A stretch of DNA of 64,000 nucleotides from Ramazzottius varieornatus (lineage: Eukaryota; Animalia; Tardigrada), in assembly GCA_001949185.1 (NCBI GenBank), contig BDGG01000002.1, positions 899,481-963,480 on the forward strand, given 5' to 3'. The notes under the pieces were generated by a model that was not told the DNA's origin, did not search any database, and saw only the letters and a list, made by a program, of their open reading frames with translations. The position numbers were made by a program, and so were the translations under genes. Below are positions 12,058 through 24,405 of this stretch, piece by piece; positions within the stretch are counted from its first letter, which is position 1, and each line of letters begins with the position of its first letter.

Positions 12058-13565
12058 ATGGCGAATACGTCTGAGGCTGATTTTCTCCACCATACGGTCG
12101 ACACGGCTTATATGACCGCATGGGCTTTGATAACCGGCATATTTTTAGCCATGGCCGCAATATGCCATGCTTGGAATCTGCTCTGTCTGGTGTTCTTTGC
12201 GTACTGTGGACACCCCACCACCGGTCACGTTCTTCTGGGGGTACTTTTCTTCAACGACCTCCTGTCGTCCACCATCTTCTACCCGGCCATCACCAGCAAC
12301 ATCGCCCAGGGTAACACTGGCTTATGGCATACCCGCTGGTTTTGTCAGCTAATGAGTTTTGGCGGGACCCTGACTGCCTTGTGCTCCAGCAGCTGCACTT
12401 GCCAGATCGCCATTTTCCGCGTCTTCATGGCTATCCACCGACATTGCCCCCCGTACAAGATTGAGAGTCAGAAAAAGCGCTTGGCACTGATTCTGGTGGC
12501 ATGCTCGTATCTGGTCAGCTTGTGTGTCCCTAGCCTGTCGTATATTCCGCCGGACAATCGGGAGATAGACCCTCCCTACGGCTTTTGCGGACTGGAACCC
12601 TACAAGCAGGAAAGAGCCATTCAGTTGATTAAACTGGTAATTTGGGTCTTTGTTCCAACTGTCATCACCTCGGCCTGCTACTGGCATATCCATGGGATAT
12701 TGAAGAAGATGTATGCGGGAAATCAGTTGCGCAGTATGGCTCGTTTGCGATGCCTGCTGATTCGGATTCGTTGGATGGTGGTCCTCAAGATAGTGGCGCA
12801 CTACCCGATCGCACTATTCTATTTGCTGCGCCACGATGAGAGTCCAAGACCGACCGCCAATCTGATCGTTCTCAGTATACACTTTCTTTCCACTGCGTTC
12901 AATTCGGTAAGTTGAATGTGATGAAGAACTACGGTTGACATGCGGCGTTTACATCCTTCAAAATTGATGGCAAAGACGAGGGAACCCAGACAGTAGTCGA
13001 CCTATTGGAAACAAAAAAGTGTCAATGCATAAGATGGCAGGTCGGCAGACGAAACATACAAGAATGCTTCTCAAGAGGCGCACTTTCCATTTTTCATGGT
13101 TTGAGCGTGCGCCACCTGCAAGAACGATTTGGACAACTTGTTTACCGCCCCCAAACTTAGTTCTATGCTTCAAAGTAAACTGTTTTATGGAATACCGCTT
13201 TAGGTGATACTCAGCGCTAAGCCTAAGAGAAGGTTGATCTGACAAATCGGCTCTCAATTTAGATTTTGTATGGTTTTACGGATCCGCTGATGGAACAACC
13301 CTACCGAAATATGGTCGAGCGTCTGATGGCAACATGCCTCGGGCGTATGTGCGACAGGTGGCTGCGCTTCTCGAGTTTGCTGCTTGCAGCCACATCTGAA
13401 CTGATACCCCTCCAAACCTTCAAGAGCATCCAGCCTACGGATTCCGACCCAAGTGAAAGTGAAATATCAGCCTGCCCGATAAATACACGCGACAACTCTT
13501 GCAACTCCGCTTTTACTTTGACAAAAGCCGAAGACGACGAAAGCCTTTCTAACAAGGGAGACTGA
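12058..13565 (+). CDS. Orphan class-A-like 7TM receptor B, tandem paralog, ~383 aa; exons 12058-12906, 13263-13565
   Basis: Co-linear with receptor A (REIDPPYGFCGLEP, IRIRWMV.LKI.AHYP); GTAAGT donor at 12907; exon 2 begins ILYGFTDPLM. Confidence 0.85.
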
Positions 13566-15453
13566 ATTGTGGATCAGATTCACAGTATAAGCTCTGAGCA
13601 AAAATAGGCAGACAAAGTGTTTTCCTTCCGGTTGATCGTACTGTTTAGAAGCTTCTCATGCTGCTGGTGGAATGCTGTTTGGTTAATCGAAAACCAGAGT
13701 TTGTCGTTCAGCTGTCTGCGATCGACAGGGTACTACCGTTTTCCGCCTTTGTTCATCTATCAGATCTTTCAGTATAACTTGCCGGTTTTTCCCATGCCCG
13801 ACTTGAAAATTTTGTTTCTCAAAGTGGACTACTTCTGTAGATAGTTCTGCAACGTTTGCATAAGAATGCAGCCCCGGTACTCTTCTTCCAAATCGGTTTC
13901 TGAATATCACTGTCACTGTGTAAAAACTGAAATGTTGCCGCCAAAACGTTACAAAATTACAAATACAACTTTACAGAACTTCACAGATTTCAATGAACAT
14001 TATGTTTCTTGTAGAATCCTGTGCTTCGAATAACCTACAGAATAGAACATCGCTATTATAAATCAAAAACCACGGGTTTTCAAACGAACTGCTGTAAACT
14101 TCGAAGCAATATTTGAGTGAGAAAATAAGGTGGAAGATGCGACCAGATTTTCCACCGGAAAACTGTCTCCCCGAAATCACGGAGACTCCACTCCCTATTC
14201 CGCTTTGTGTGTTCAAACCTTACATGTGGGTTGTCTACTGACGCCATCGTCGATAGCTTTCAAAGGGCCAAGAAGTAGAAAAAGGCTAAACCCTTTCTAC
14301 CTCACTAAAGTGGCGCAGTGCCCATGTTGGTTTTTTGGGTGGGGATTTTAAACTTTGTATTCTGAAAATTGACTAAATCGAACTCAACAATCTTTTGACT
14401 GGTGCTTTGAGTTACGGTTTTAGCGCTTTCGACACGTCAAATTATTTCTTGCGTCAGGCTTACGAACAGTAAGAAATTATATTTAGAAAGAATAACGATC
14501 GAAAACTTCTTCCGGATTCTTCTGCCTTAAGTTTCTCTCCTCACCGTCATCGTAAAGATATTGACTCTGTCTCGAAAAAGAAAGAGGTCTCACTGATAGT
14601 GGAAGACGGTATCAAGCAGCGAAGATCTCAACAGCAAAGTCAGAAAAAGAAATCCGAAACTCATTTGCCAAGAAACGATAAGTCATACTGAAGAACCTGA
14701 TAAGTATGATTTTTGCTGGGACAAGTTAAAGACGCTATCGAAGCCTAAACGTTGTCCAGAAGTGTCTGGTAGGCCGTATACGTAGACTGTCTGATTAAAT
14801 ATTGCGTATGTTTCACCTGCACGTCATGTGAGTTGTCCAACGTCCGAGGTCCAGATGCATGCGCCGGTATTGCATGGCTAAATATCAAGAAACTGAGAAA
14901 AATGCTGTAGTAGAAAGGAAACGGTTCCATGTTGTCTGGTGAGCAAAGAGTAATCTGGAGCGAAAGAGATACGTAGCTCTACTTTCACTTGAAGAAGCGA
15001 CGGTTCTCCGCGGCAAAATGAAACCGAGTTAGACGTCACGCTCCGTCGGAGGAAAGTAGAGCAAAAGATGAGCAAGCGGTGTCGAGGACCGGTAGATCGC
15101 TGTCAAAATAAAACGGCCAACGAACGCGGAACATCTTCAAATCTGCCGCCTTTCAATACAGTGACCATCAATTATGCCGACTAGATTACATAACTCACAG
15201 CGTCCATCTTGTGACAGCTGCAGCGGCCAGTAAACGTTTGATTAGAATATGACAGTCAGTTCGTTAGCGTTCTTCTTTGCCTTCACGATGTAGATTGTCT
15301 TTTTCCGGGTCTTGGCAGCGCTTAGGCGGCTTGACCCACTGCGCGTGCTGCAGCAAAACGCTGACGATTTATCATGCCTCATCATAAGACTAGGTAGCGC
15401 TTATTGTCATCATTTGTTCCCTATGGCCAAAATGCACTTCAAGATTCAGATGC

Positions 15454-15459
15454 TATAAG
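15454..15459 (+). promoter_or_regulatory. Possible TATA box of Gly-rich gene 1
   Basis: TATAAG about 120 bp upstream of ATG 15572; position only. Confidence 0.25.
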
Positions 15460-15571
15460 AGTCTGGCCGCGTTGCCGAGAAGAGTCGTCGTCGTTGCTTC
15501 CTTCTCACCTTCTCTTGGAACTTTCCTCTCTTCCGACCGGTGGTCTGCAGTTTGCCGTGCAAACCACCATC

Positions 15572-16237
15572 ATGAGGACCTTGTGGATATTATGCACAGC
15601 GATGGGTATCGCTCTCTCTTCAGGTATATGCAGCTGTCACATTTCTTTCAGAAATCCAATTCTTGAGTATGATATTCAAAAAAATTAACCGGAATGTTCT
15701 TCTCCAGTGTATGCTCAGAGCAGCTACGATAGCAGCACCAGCAGCTACAGCTCGGCCACCAGCAGCAGCTACAGCAGCAACTCCAACAGTTACAGCAATA
15801 ACAACGACAATAACAACAATGGATACAGCAACCCGACCGCCAACTCTGGTTACGGAGGATCTTCCGGCGGTGGCGGATACGGAAGTGGTGGTGGAGGGCA
15901 TGGTGTCGGCGGCGGCATCGGCGGCGGCATCGGCGGTGGCATCGGCGATCTTTTTAGCTTCCCCTTCGGTTACTCCAGCGGTTACGGATACGGTTACAGA
16001 AGGTACATCCCCGTCCCCTGGTGGATCTGGTATCCCAGCAGCTTCGGCTTCAACAGAGGCTTCGGATTCGGTGTCAACGGCGGCTTCGGGGGAGGCGGCC
16101 TCGGAGGCGGAGGATTCGGCGGTGGTGGACTTGGTGGTGGCGGATATGGAGGTGGCGGCTATGGAGGAGGTGGCTATGGAGGAGGTGGCTATGGAGGAGG
16201 TGGCTATGGAGGTGGCCCAGGAGGATACGGTGGTTAG
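15572..16237 (+). CDS. Secreted Ser/Asn- and Gly/Tyr-rich protein 1, ~193 aa; exons 15572-15623, 15708-16237
   Basis: Signal peptide MRTLWILCTAMGIALSSVYA-Q across a phase-1 intron; GGGGY repeats; core PFGYSSGYGYGYRRYIPVPWWIWYP shared with the gene at 34235. Confidence 0.85.
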
Positions 16238-17086
16238 TAGCGCCACAATAGACGTAATTATCTGCCCCGCAGGATGCTCAGGTATTTTCCAGTTTGACCA
16301 GACGGGCCTGTGTTTCTTCCAGGTGGCGGATATTAAGCTGGCCGAGTTTCTCTCTCAACATCTATGCAAGGTGTTGCTCGATGGCTGGTCCATTTTTCGA
16401 GTCTACACTTTGGTCTCTATTGTTCCTACTTTTCCGTCTCTTCTTCTGTTCTCTGCTACCTGTTATGCCATACATCGGTACAACTTCCCGACTCTTTCCA
16501 GATCGGCGTGTTTCATCCCAGCATTTTTATGCGTGCGTTCCCTTCCAGCCCAAGTGGTTTTATGAGCAAGAAGTCCAGTAAAACTCGAATTCAAAAAATT
16601 TCCACAGTAAAATGGATTTGTTTTTATCGATGGCGCAATTCCGACAAGGTTACTACAGCATACTACGCAGTTGCACTTTCCGACTACAGCATGCCGATCA
16701 GAGCAGTTCGCTGATCATGGCTCCTCGGATTCGGCTCTCCATCGCGGTCTTTGGGGTTTCGCCCGGAGCTGCAAAACCATACTCCTAAAGCCAACAGGAA
16801 GAAGACAAATACAGTCCTACCTGTGAGATGTGACAATTTGCTTCTTCTGCAACCGAACAGCGTTTCTGCACGAGACTGCTGGCCATGCACTGCGCAGCAT
16901 CATCAGCTGATCGACGTCCGGTTATGGCTTGACTTGATCAAGTAATCAAACGCGTGTCTGATCAGCTGATCGGTCTCATGCGAACAGCATAGCGAGCAGC
17001 CCCGTGGACACACGTACCGTCCGGAACTGGAATCGGGCGTTTGAACTGTCACATCTCACAGGAAGGACTGTAGATCAGTATACTGC

Positions 17087-17587
17087 CTAATGAGACCAAA
17101 TGGTACCTGCGCATTGATATTCGACCACCAATGGACGCCGAGTCTTGCAGGTGGGATCGTTGAATCCCAGGAGGACATCATCGCTGGCTTTGATGAGACA
17201 AGTCGACTTGTTCTTGCACAGACTGCGGATGGTGTTGCGAATGCTGCTGTTCGAGTTGCAGGGAGTGGCTTCTCCAATGCTATCGGAGGACGAGCTGTTG
17301 CTTTTGGGTGATTGATTTCTATACATAGCTTCCACAACGGCCACCACTTTTCCGGGTTGCGTACAGCGGATCGTCTGACTCTGGCCGTCCTTGATGGTTA
17401 CTTTGGTATTGGTCCCGCGGTTACTGCCTTTATCCAAGGGAACCCCAATGACGACGCAAGCCAGTGCAACCTACAGATCAAAATGTTCAGACAGCAGGCC
17501 GTACAGTTACCCCTCCGAAACCTATTTCACAGTCAGACGAACAAAAGTCCGACTTACCACCAAGAAAACAGTCAAAGTCGATGCCAT
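17087..17587 (-). CDS. Secreted SUEL/galactose-binding-lectin-like protein 1, ~137 aa; exons 17587-17558, 17470-17087
   Basis: Signal peptide MASTLTVFLVVALACVVIG; pattern C..G..V..V.EAMY..C..C.NKSTC.I.AS..GF.DPTC..LVVEYQC matches the SUEL fold. Confidence 0.8.
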
Positions 17588-19729
17588 GTTGCTTCAGCGG
17601 ACTGTCCACAAAGACTTCAGATAACGTTATGTTGAAATGAAGCGCGACAACTTGTGTCGGTTCGCGGATTTCTTCTTTCTGAAACAGGAAGTTTTTGTAT
17701 ACTTGACGGAGCTAGGAAGCCGGAGGCGGGTGATCCATCCACATTACCAGCTTACGCAATCGTGTGACCACAACACCGAACCGGTCTTTCTGCTATTTCC
17801 TATCTGGACCGGTTAACTTCACCACGCTCGTTCTCCAAGAAAATCCTGTTGCCTGCCCCCGCATTTAGACCTTTCCGTCTGCGATGCACAACCTGTTGTC
17901 ACTTGTCCTAGCTAGGACGATGACACTTCGCTAGAGTAACGGCGAATTGAGCAGTCCGTCCCTTTCAGCCTATGCATAGTCAATTACCCCTCGCAGCACG
18001 AAGCTGGCATGTTGACGAGCGTAGCCGAGACGCTAATCCATTCAGAGCGGAGACCATGATCCGGAAGAGTCTTGAGCTCCCACGGTGTTACTCCCAACAC
18101 TGCAGACGAAGTGACGAGTGACGAAAATATAAAGCATGCAGTTAATTAAACGCTTATCCGCCAGACGAACGACGACCCACCTTGCAACAAAGGTGTTTAG
18201 CGCGGTGGGCAACGTGGTCCCTCAATCACTAAGACAGCTGCACGATGCCAGAAGGAGAATTGGCTCGTCAAGCGAAAGTTCTAGTGGAGTTCTAACTCTG
18301 AAAGCGCCTTTCTATGTCCGATATGCTGATTTCCTCTTGTGACCAGCTGCATGATATGTTTTTATGCTTGAATAATGATCTCCGCTGCCTTCCGGTCATA
18401 GAGATACCGGTTCGTCGCGAAAACCATTGATGTCTGTGGAATGTCTGAAACATATCCAGCCTGGCGAAGCGTGACGTATTCAAAGGAAGAGTTGGGCAGC
18501 GTCATGTTTGGCCACAAAGGAATGAAGCTTTTTGGGCCGGATTTGGAGTGAAAAGTGGGACCTTTGACTGACGCACGTAAAGATTACGGACCAGGCCCTT
18601 TCGCTACGGCGGCACGGGCAGGTGATTCTTGTTCTTGCTTCAAGTAAAAGCCAACATCGAAGGCTGGACTGCTGTACGTACGTGCCGGATATTGGGCCGA
18701 AGAGCTGAAACTTTCCATATTTATTATAGCAGTCAGATCTCCACTTTACCGGAGCACGCACACCTTCAACAGTTCAAGCTAGTCGAAGGCTTCACCGAGA
18801 GAAAGTCGATAGCAGCTTTGAAGTGTCAGAGATCAGCTGACCAGCTGATGGCCACTGTCCATGACAATTTTCCACTGATGTGCTGCTAAACTTCGTGTTG
18901 CTGGAGAGTAAGACGCATGATCGAGTCCTTTATTGACTTCGTCCACGCGCAATAGGGGCTGATTTTAGCAATGACGGAAACCTTAATTACTGTGAATTTG
19001 GCTAAACTCCCAAATCAGTCAATCTACCACCCAAGTAGCTTCTGGTTCGAGACACAACAGTATCACACGTCGATTGATTCAGCGTTTGTCCTGTCTCGCG
19101 GTCCGAAAAAGCACCATTTTTAGGTTCGATACAATGATCTCCAGCTCACGAGTCATCGCCACGCCATTTTTATGGACTCGCGTCGCAGTTATTGCGCGTT
19201 TTGGCCCACCATGCTCAGATAGAAACGAGGTTTGGCAGCATTACGCTGCAAATTTCTACGGTTGAATTTTACCATGTTACATCATTTGTCCGATTTCTGT
19301 TTCTAACTTCCATTCAAATTGTTAATTTGCCGTCTTTTCCGCCTGGCCCCTAATTTTTACTGGCCCATAACATCTCCAACATCCGTATCCCCATTGCGAT
19401 ATAAAACAATGTCCCAACAATTGAACGCCGACGGGGCGTCAACTGGTTGTCTCAATCCATACAACCAGGGTACACAGCGGGCTCTGGTCACTGAGTTCCG
19501 GTTTTGCCGTGCAAACCGTGCCTGCGACAATAATTCCACATACACATTCAGGCAACTGAGCGAGCGAGTCGCAAAACGAGCTGGATGGTTCAATGTTCAG
19601 TCTCAGGATCTGGTGGGCCACTTTACTTGTCTGCATCCCCGATATCGGCTGACTTCTTACTGAAGGATAGTTCTGTCCGGCTAGCCGGGTTCACAGTATT
19701 CAAGGTGGACTTCCACTTCTCGGTTCTTC

Positions 19730-21275
19730 ACGCAAACTCCTCCCTAAACCTCACCTACTTCGGCAATATGAGCAATCATTGGCCTTCCTACTGGAGTCTC
19801 CGAACGATTTACACTGCCGTGAGCAAGGTCATCTTGTTGGTGCTTAACTCCTTTATCGTCCACCTCTTCTTCCGGCACCTCTCTGTTCGGACGTCGTTCA
19901 AAGTCTAGGTTGAGCACTCATGCGCCGCTGACTAAGCTGCAGAAGCTTTTCGGGTGACGCTTTTTCGTTCCATAGGGTCTGGAAACCAACAGTCTGGAAA
20001 CCAGAGGGTCAAAACTGTCCCAAAGTGGTGGAGTTTTCAAATCTTCGGACGGTCGTTTGACCCTCTCCGCCAAGAAATTCTTGCTTTGTCTCGAGAAAGA
20101 TGTTCAGTTTGTCCCAAATAAGCTGGAAAGTCCTGTACAGTCTACCGCAACCAGGTGTCAAATCAAACGGTCAAACTATCGATCGGGAACTGAGACAAAA
20201 TTGCATTGCGTTGGTGTGAAAAACCGCCACCAGCTCGTGATCTCATCAAGATTTGAACTCATCAAGATTTGAAATCCACAAATTTCGAAAACTAGGTGAT
20301 TGGTTAAACCTGATTCCGCCTTTCAGATCCGGTCAACCCCACAGTACCACAAGGGGCCCGGAGCACCTGGCGCCCCGAGTGTTGAACAATTTAAATTTGA
20401 TTCGTGGTGGTGACACGACACCAGTTCTAGGGAGCCTCAACTTTGCTTCGTGTTCCTCCCAATACCGTCGCGAAACGGACATTTGATAAGCAACCAAAAG
20501 CACTGTAATCGACGACTTACGTTAAGTTTACCTCAACGGACTTGAGCGCAGTGGACAACCTGACTGATGGCTCCTCAATCAACTAGAGCAAAAGCAAAAT
20601 GCTGAAGCGAAAAAGTGGCCGGGACGAAACTAACATGCAGTGCATTTTTAACTTTCGAAAGCGACTTCTTGCTTCCAGCACTGTACTGAAATACTTGAGG
20701 AATGTCACGCATCTCTACGTCGTGATACGCCGAACATACTGTATTCCCTCGATGGTTTCGCGAATCACGTGACGGTCGACGTAAGTATTACCCGGCGGGG
20801 ATGGAAAATGCCTGTGTCTTCAATCAACGTTTACTCGCCAATCAAGTTGCGTGATGGGCGACAATCAGACAATCAGTGATGTCAGTGCGGGTGTAGTTTA
20901 CTGGCGCAATGACGTACTATAATTTGCGAAACCATCGAGGGAATACAGTATGCGGGTATGCTACGCACACAGCACATGAACTTGTTGAGAAATGAGATGA
21001 AGTTCAAGAAGCATCAGGACTCGTTTTGGGGTCGTCTTCGAGGCCGGGGCGGAGGACAGTTTCTGACCATGTCCTTGCTGACTGTCAACGTTGCGGTCTC
21101 GATGTTGCCTATGCACATTTTCTTCCTGCTGCAAATGTTTGGCGCAGATCCACCCGGCATGTTTGCCATTGTTTCCATTCCTTTCTCGCTTTCCTACATC
21201 ATGGATCCGGTCATTTTCCTCTTGACACTAAAAACAATGCGTGATGCTTTCAACCAGTCTTTGAAGGTGTGTTGA
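19730..21275 (+). pseudogene. Fragmented orphan GPCR: N-terminus+TM1 at ~19730-19908, TM6-TM7 at 20958-21275
   Basis: 5' piece has NSS/NLT sequons and TM1 (ILLVLNSFIVHLFFRH..VRTSF) then a stop; 3' piece has TM6/TM7 ending MDPVIFLLT; middle TMs not found; a MITE lies directly upstream of the 3' piece. Confidence 0.55.
20739..20948. mobile_element. Tc1/mariner-type MITE with TA TSD
   Basis: TA|ctgtattccctcgatggtttcgc ... gcgaaaccatcgagggaatacag|TA. Confidence 0.85.
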
Positions 21276-22135
21276 CTGAGCAGCGAAGAACCCGGCAGGG
21301 TTTTTGCGCCATCTTGTTAAGGCACGAGGACAACGGAGTTGTCCATTCATATATCCCCCACAGTTCTCATCCTGCGTCTATCAGATTTTACTAACTCTCA
21401 ATCTATCTGATAGAAAAATACTGCTACCTTCTTCCCACAGTGCATATAAGCGCAGCGGACGCAAGAGAAAAAGTCGAAATGGCCGAGAAACACTCGCTGG
21501 GAAGAATGAATGACAGGCATGTCGAAAAATCTGTTCCTTTTAGACATTCCTGCGTGAATTTTCAGAGCAGACAACTTCGCTATCTTCACCTTGTAGCTAC
21601 AACAGAAGCGCATGGTGTGTCTTTTGGTCTGTGAACAATATACTGTACCGAAATGTTGTGTTGCTCTTAATACGGTATCATGTCCTTTTATCGCTGTCTC
21701 TCAAATCTGACGTGCATGTGCTTATCTTGAATTATTTCCATTCCTTGAATATTCTCAATGAAACTGTTTGCGGATGTACAGTAACAACGGGTGTGTAATA
21801 GATGCAGACGATACTGAAACTTGATGACTGGTTGCCAGTGCTTTGCGGATACTGATCGAGGTGCCGGTTCACGACAGAAAATCCGATGTCTGCGGAGTTT
21901 TGGCATATAAAGAGGTGTACAGTAGTTTTGTCACCTCCAAACCAGAAGTCGTACGGCGAGCTATGACATCATCCAATAAACCGTGACCCACTTCCGCTAC
22001 GTAACACTACAAGGCATTATGGAGAAGATTATTTGAGAAAGGAAGCAGAACTTTTCTTCGGGTTCGCGATACTGTCTTGCCAACGCGACGAGGAGCTGCA
22101 GTACCAGGTGTGATTTGACGGAGCTCGAAAATCGG

Positions 22136-22797
22136 TTATCCGTGGAACCCGTCGTAAAAGATGTTGATGAAAGCCTTGTGTGGAACAGTGGTACCGACCG
22201 ACTTGGCTGTAAGAAAGAAGAAGCATGGTATGGCATTAACAATCAACCATCCATCTACAGTCTAATACTCGTTCACATGAACAGCGAACGGTAAAACAGT
22301 GCATCGAGGCAAAACGTCAACTCACATCGGGAAGCGCAGCTGTAGTCAACGATGAGAGATCTTCCGGCACAACTTGCCCTGTCAGCATTCCCGGATGGGG
22401 TGTCATTGGCATTGAGGTTGCAAGAGCCACTGCCGTCGCACTCAAGGCCCACGGTTGGAGTAATGTCTGTCTCCGGGCAGGTGGCGCTTTTCTGGTTGGC
22501 TCCACTTGCAGTATACCGAGCACGCTGTATTTTTAGCTTGCTTCCCAAAATTTCACAGGACAGCGTTTTGGCTTCACCAGCACGTATCTCCAAAGTGGTG
22601 GAGGGATTTAGCTGAGACACGGTGGCGCGGTCGGCCGCAACGCCGATGGAGCTGGTGGTGAGGATGGTCTCGGTGGTGCTAGTTTTCGGTCTTGCTGTTC
22701 GCTGGCCATCGCTGGAAGAAATGAGTGCGAAAACTAACAGAGTATATAGACCAGAAAACCGACGAGATGGAGTACTAGTGAGCGAATCCGGATGCAT
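22136..22797 (-). CDS. Secreted SUEL-lectin-like protein 2, ~180 aa; exons 22797-22326, 22206-22136
   Basis: Hydrophobic leader and Thr/Ser stalk, then LSC..LKIQRARY..C..C.G.GSC..C..LIVDYSC; GTGAGT donor and polypyrimidine acceptor are in frame. Confidence 0.75.
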
Positions 22798-23267
22798 TTT
22801 TATGCGAATTATTCACACTGAGGTTGTGTGACAAAATTGGGTCATGCGACCAGAAACTTTGCCAATCATACTGAATCCGAACAAAAAACTTCTGTTCTGG
22901 CTTTTGGCAGTTGCTTTTTCCGCATTCCTGGGTACTAGAGTTTGCCACAGGGCAAATAACATGAGTTGTCTGTTTCACTGCAAAAAAGCCGAATTTTCGC
23001 TTACCGTTGCTACAGCTGTGGTTACTGTAAATCAGGCTTCGGTGTGGCAAACAGCAGAAAATTTCGGAGCGAAAATGTTGCGCAACTTCTGTCATACTGC
23101 ATTCCACGAGGCATAGGCTAGAAGCCCGCTGGGTCTACGACAGAAGCTAAAGAATACGAACAGTATAATATCTCGAGAAAGTCTGGATAAAAGCTAGTAT
23201 CGAAGAGTCACTGGTTCTTCGATAGACAATTGTGTTATAGTGTGTTGTGTTTTTGGGTTTGTTCTTC

Positions 23268-23741
23268 CACACCGAAACTACTCTTTTTTGGTGCGAAAGC
23301 CACACCACTTTTTTCTGTGTGGTGTGAATCGGATACTACTCCTTTGGTGCATCACACTACACCAAACCGAAAAAGCGAAATGTGCGTGTGGTAACCACTA
23401 GGAGGCAAAATCTAGCGTGACAAAGATGTACAAGTGGAAACGGAATGCCGTTAATGTACGCGCCGAAGCAAAACCCGATTTCAGCATGCATAATTCTACT
23501 GGTCCTGCAGGCTGTCCATGCATGTTTGGCTGATAGAGCGCACCATGATTTGCCCTGGCCCATGATCATTCTGTGATGTGGCGCCAAACGTTTTTCGGTT
23601 TTGTGTGATGAATACATCACACCACGTAGTGTGCTCGGACACCGGTATCGAAAATTCGGTGTGAAACGGACACCAATTTTTTCGGTTTGGTGTTTTCCGC
23701 ACCCCGAAACCATAAACTGTCGATTTTTTGGTGTGGTGTGG
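23268..23741. repeat. Foldback-like element built from CACACC/GGTGTG motifs
   Basis: Many cacacc(g/a)aa and ttttggtgtg motifs in both orientations; ends ccacaccgaaa / ttttggtgtgg; no TSD resolved. Confidence 0.45.
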
Positions 23742-24405
23742 TATGTCTGTGGACAAGGACAACCCTCGTGGCATAACTGACCTTTGCACGAATGTCAGAA
23801 GTAATCACTGTTTCAGCTATGTAAGGGACGCTACAGATGATCGCATTAAATCACACTCGCTAACAAGACTTATATTAATTATTAATTATATTAAGGTTTT
23901 TTATTAGTTATATCATTACATTATTAATTATGTTAAGGTTTTTGAACAATGTGTTGTCATTGAAGAGCTTGAACAGGGAGGATCCAGTTTGAATGAGAAT
24001 AGGAACACGAGAATGAGAAGAAACCTCTCCAGATACCAGAACCATGCCAGCCTGATACACCTGCGCTGGCCGGGCTCGGAACCATCCATCGGCCATGGAG
24101 ATATCCACCAGGCCTCTACGTTAAAAAATGCTGAACAGACCTGGGGGATACTAAGTGCTCGGTGTGTTTCTCGGTGTAACATTTGCGTATAGAAGGCTCG
24201 GCGAAGCTAAAATAAGCTATTTTAGCGTTCTTAGCCGCAGCTAAATTATTTTTAGCCGCTGCTAAAGCAGCTAAAATGCTACGGCTGAAATGTATTGTGC
24301 GTTCGACTGACTCATTGATGTTAAGTTGGCTAAGAATGTTTTAGCCGTTTGAGCCGCGGCTAGATGATCTTTTAGCCGCGGCCAAGAACGGCTTATTTTA
24401 GCTTA

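Noticed and set aside
10103-13565. Possibility that the tandem GPCRs are opsins
   Set aside because: The TM7 position of the retinal-binding Lys (six residues before the NPxxY-equivalent Asn) is Phe in both.
15620-16565. Long overlapping Ala/Thr/Val-rich ORFs (15663-16565 +, 15620-16246 -) and the Arg/Trp-rich ORF 16021-16251
   Set aside because: Alternative-frame shadows of the Gly-codon repeats; only the Gly frame has a signal peptide, splice support and a conserved paralog. The same applies at 34856-35269.
23870-23944. AT-rich imperfect tandem duplication (attaattat..ttaaggttttt)
   Set aside because: Low-complexity slippage with no functional evidence.
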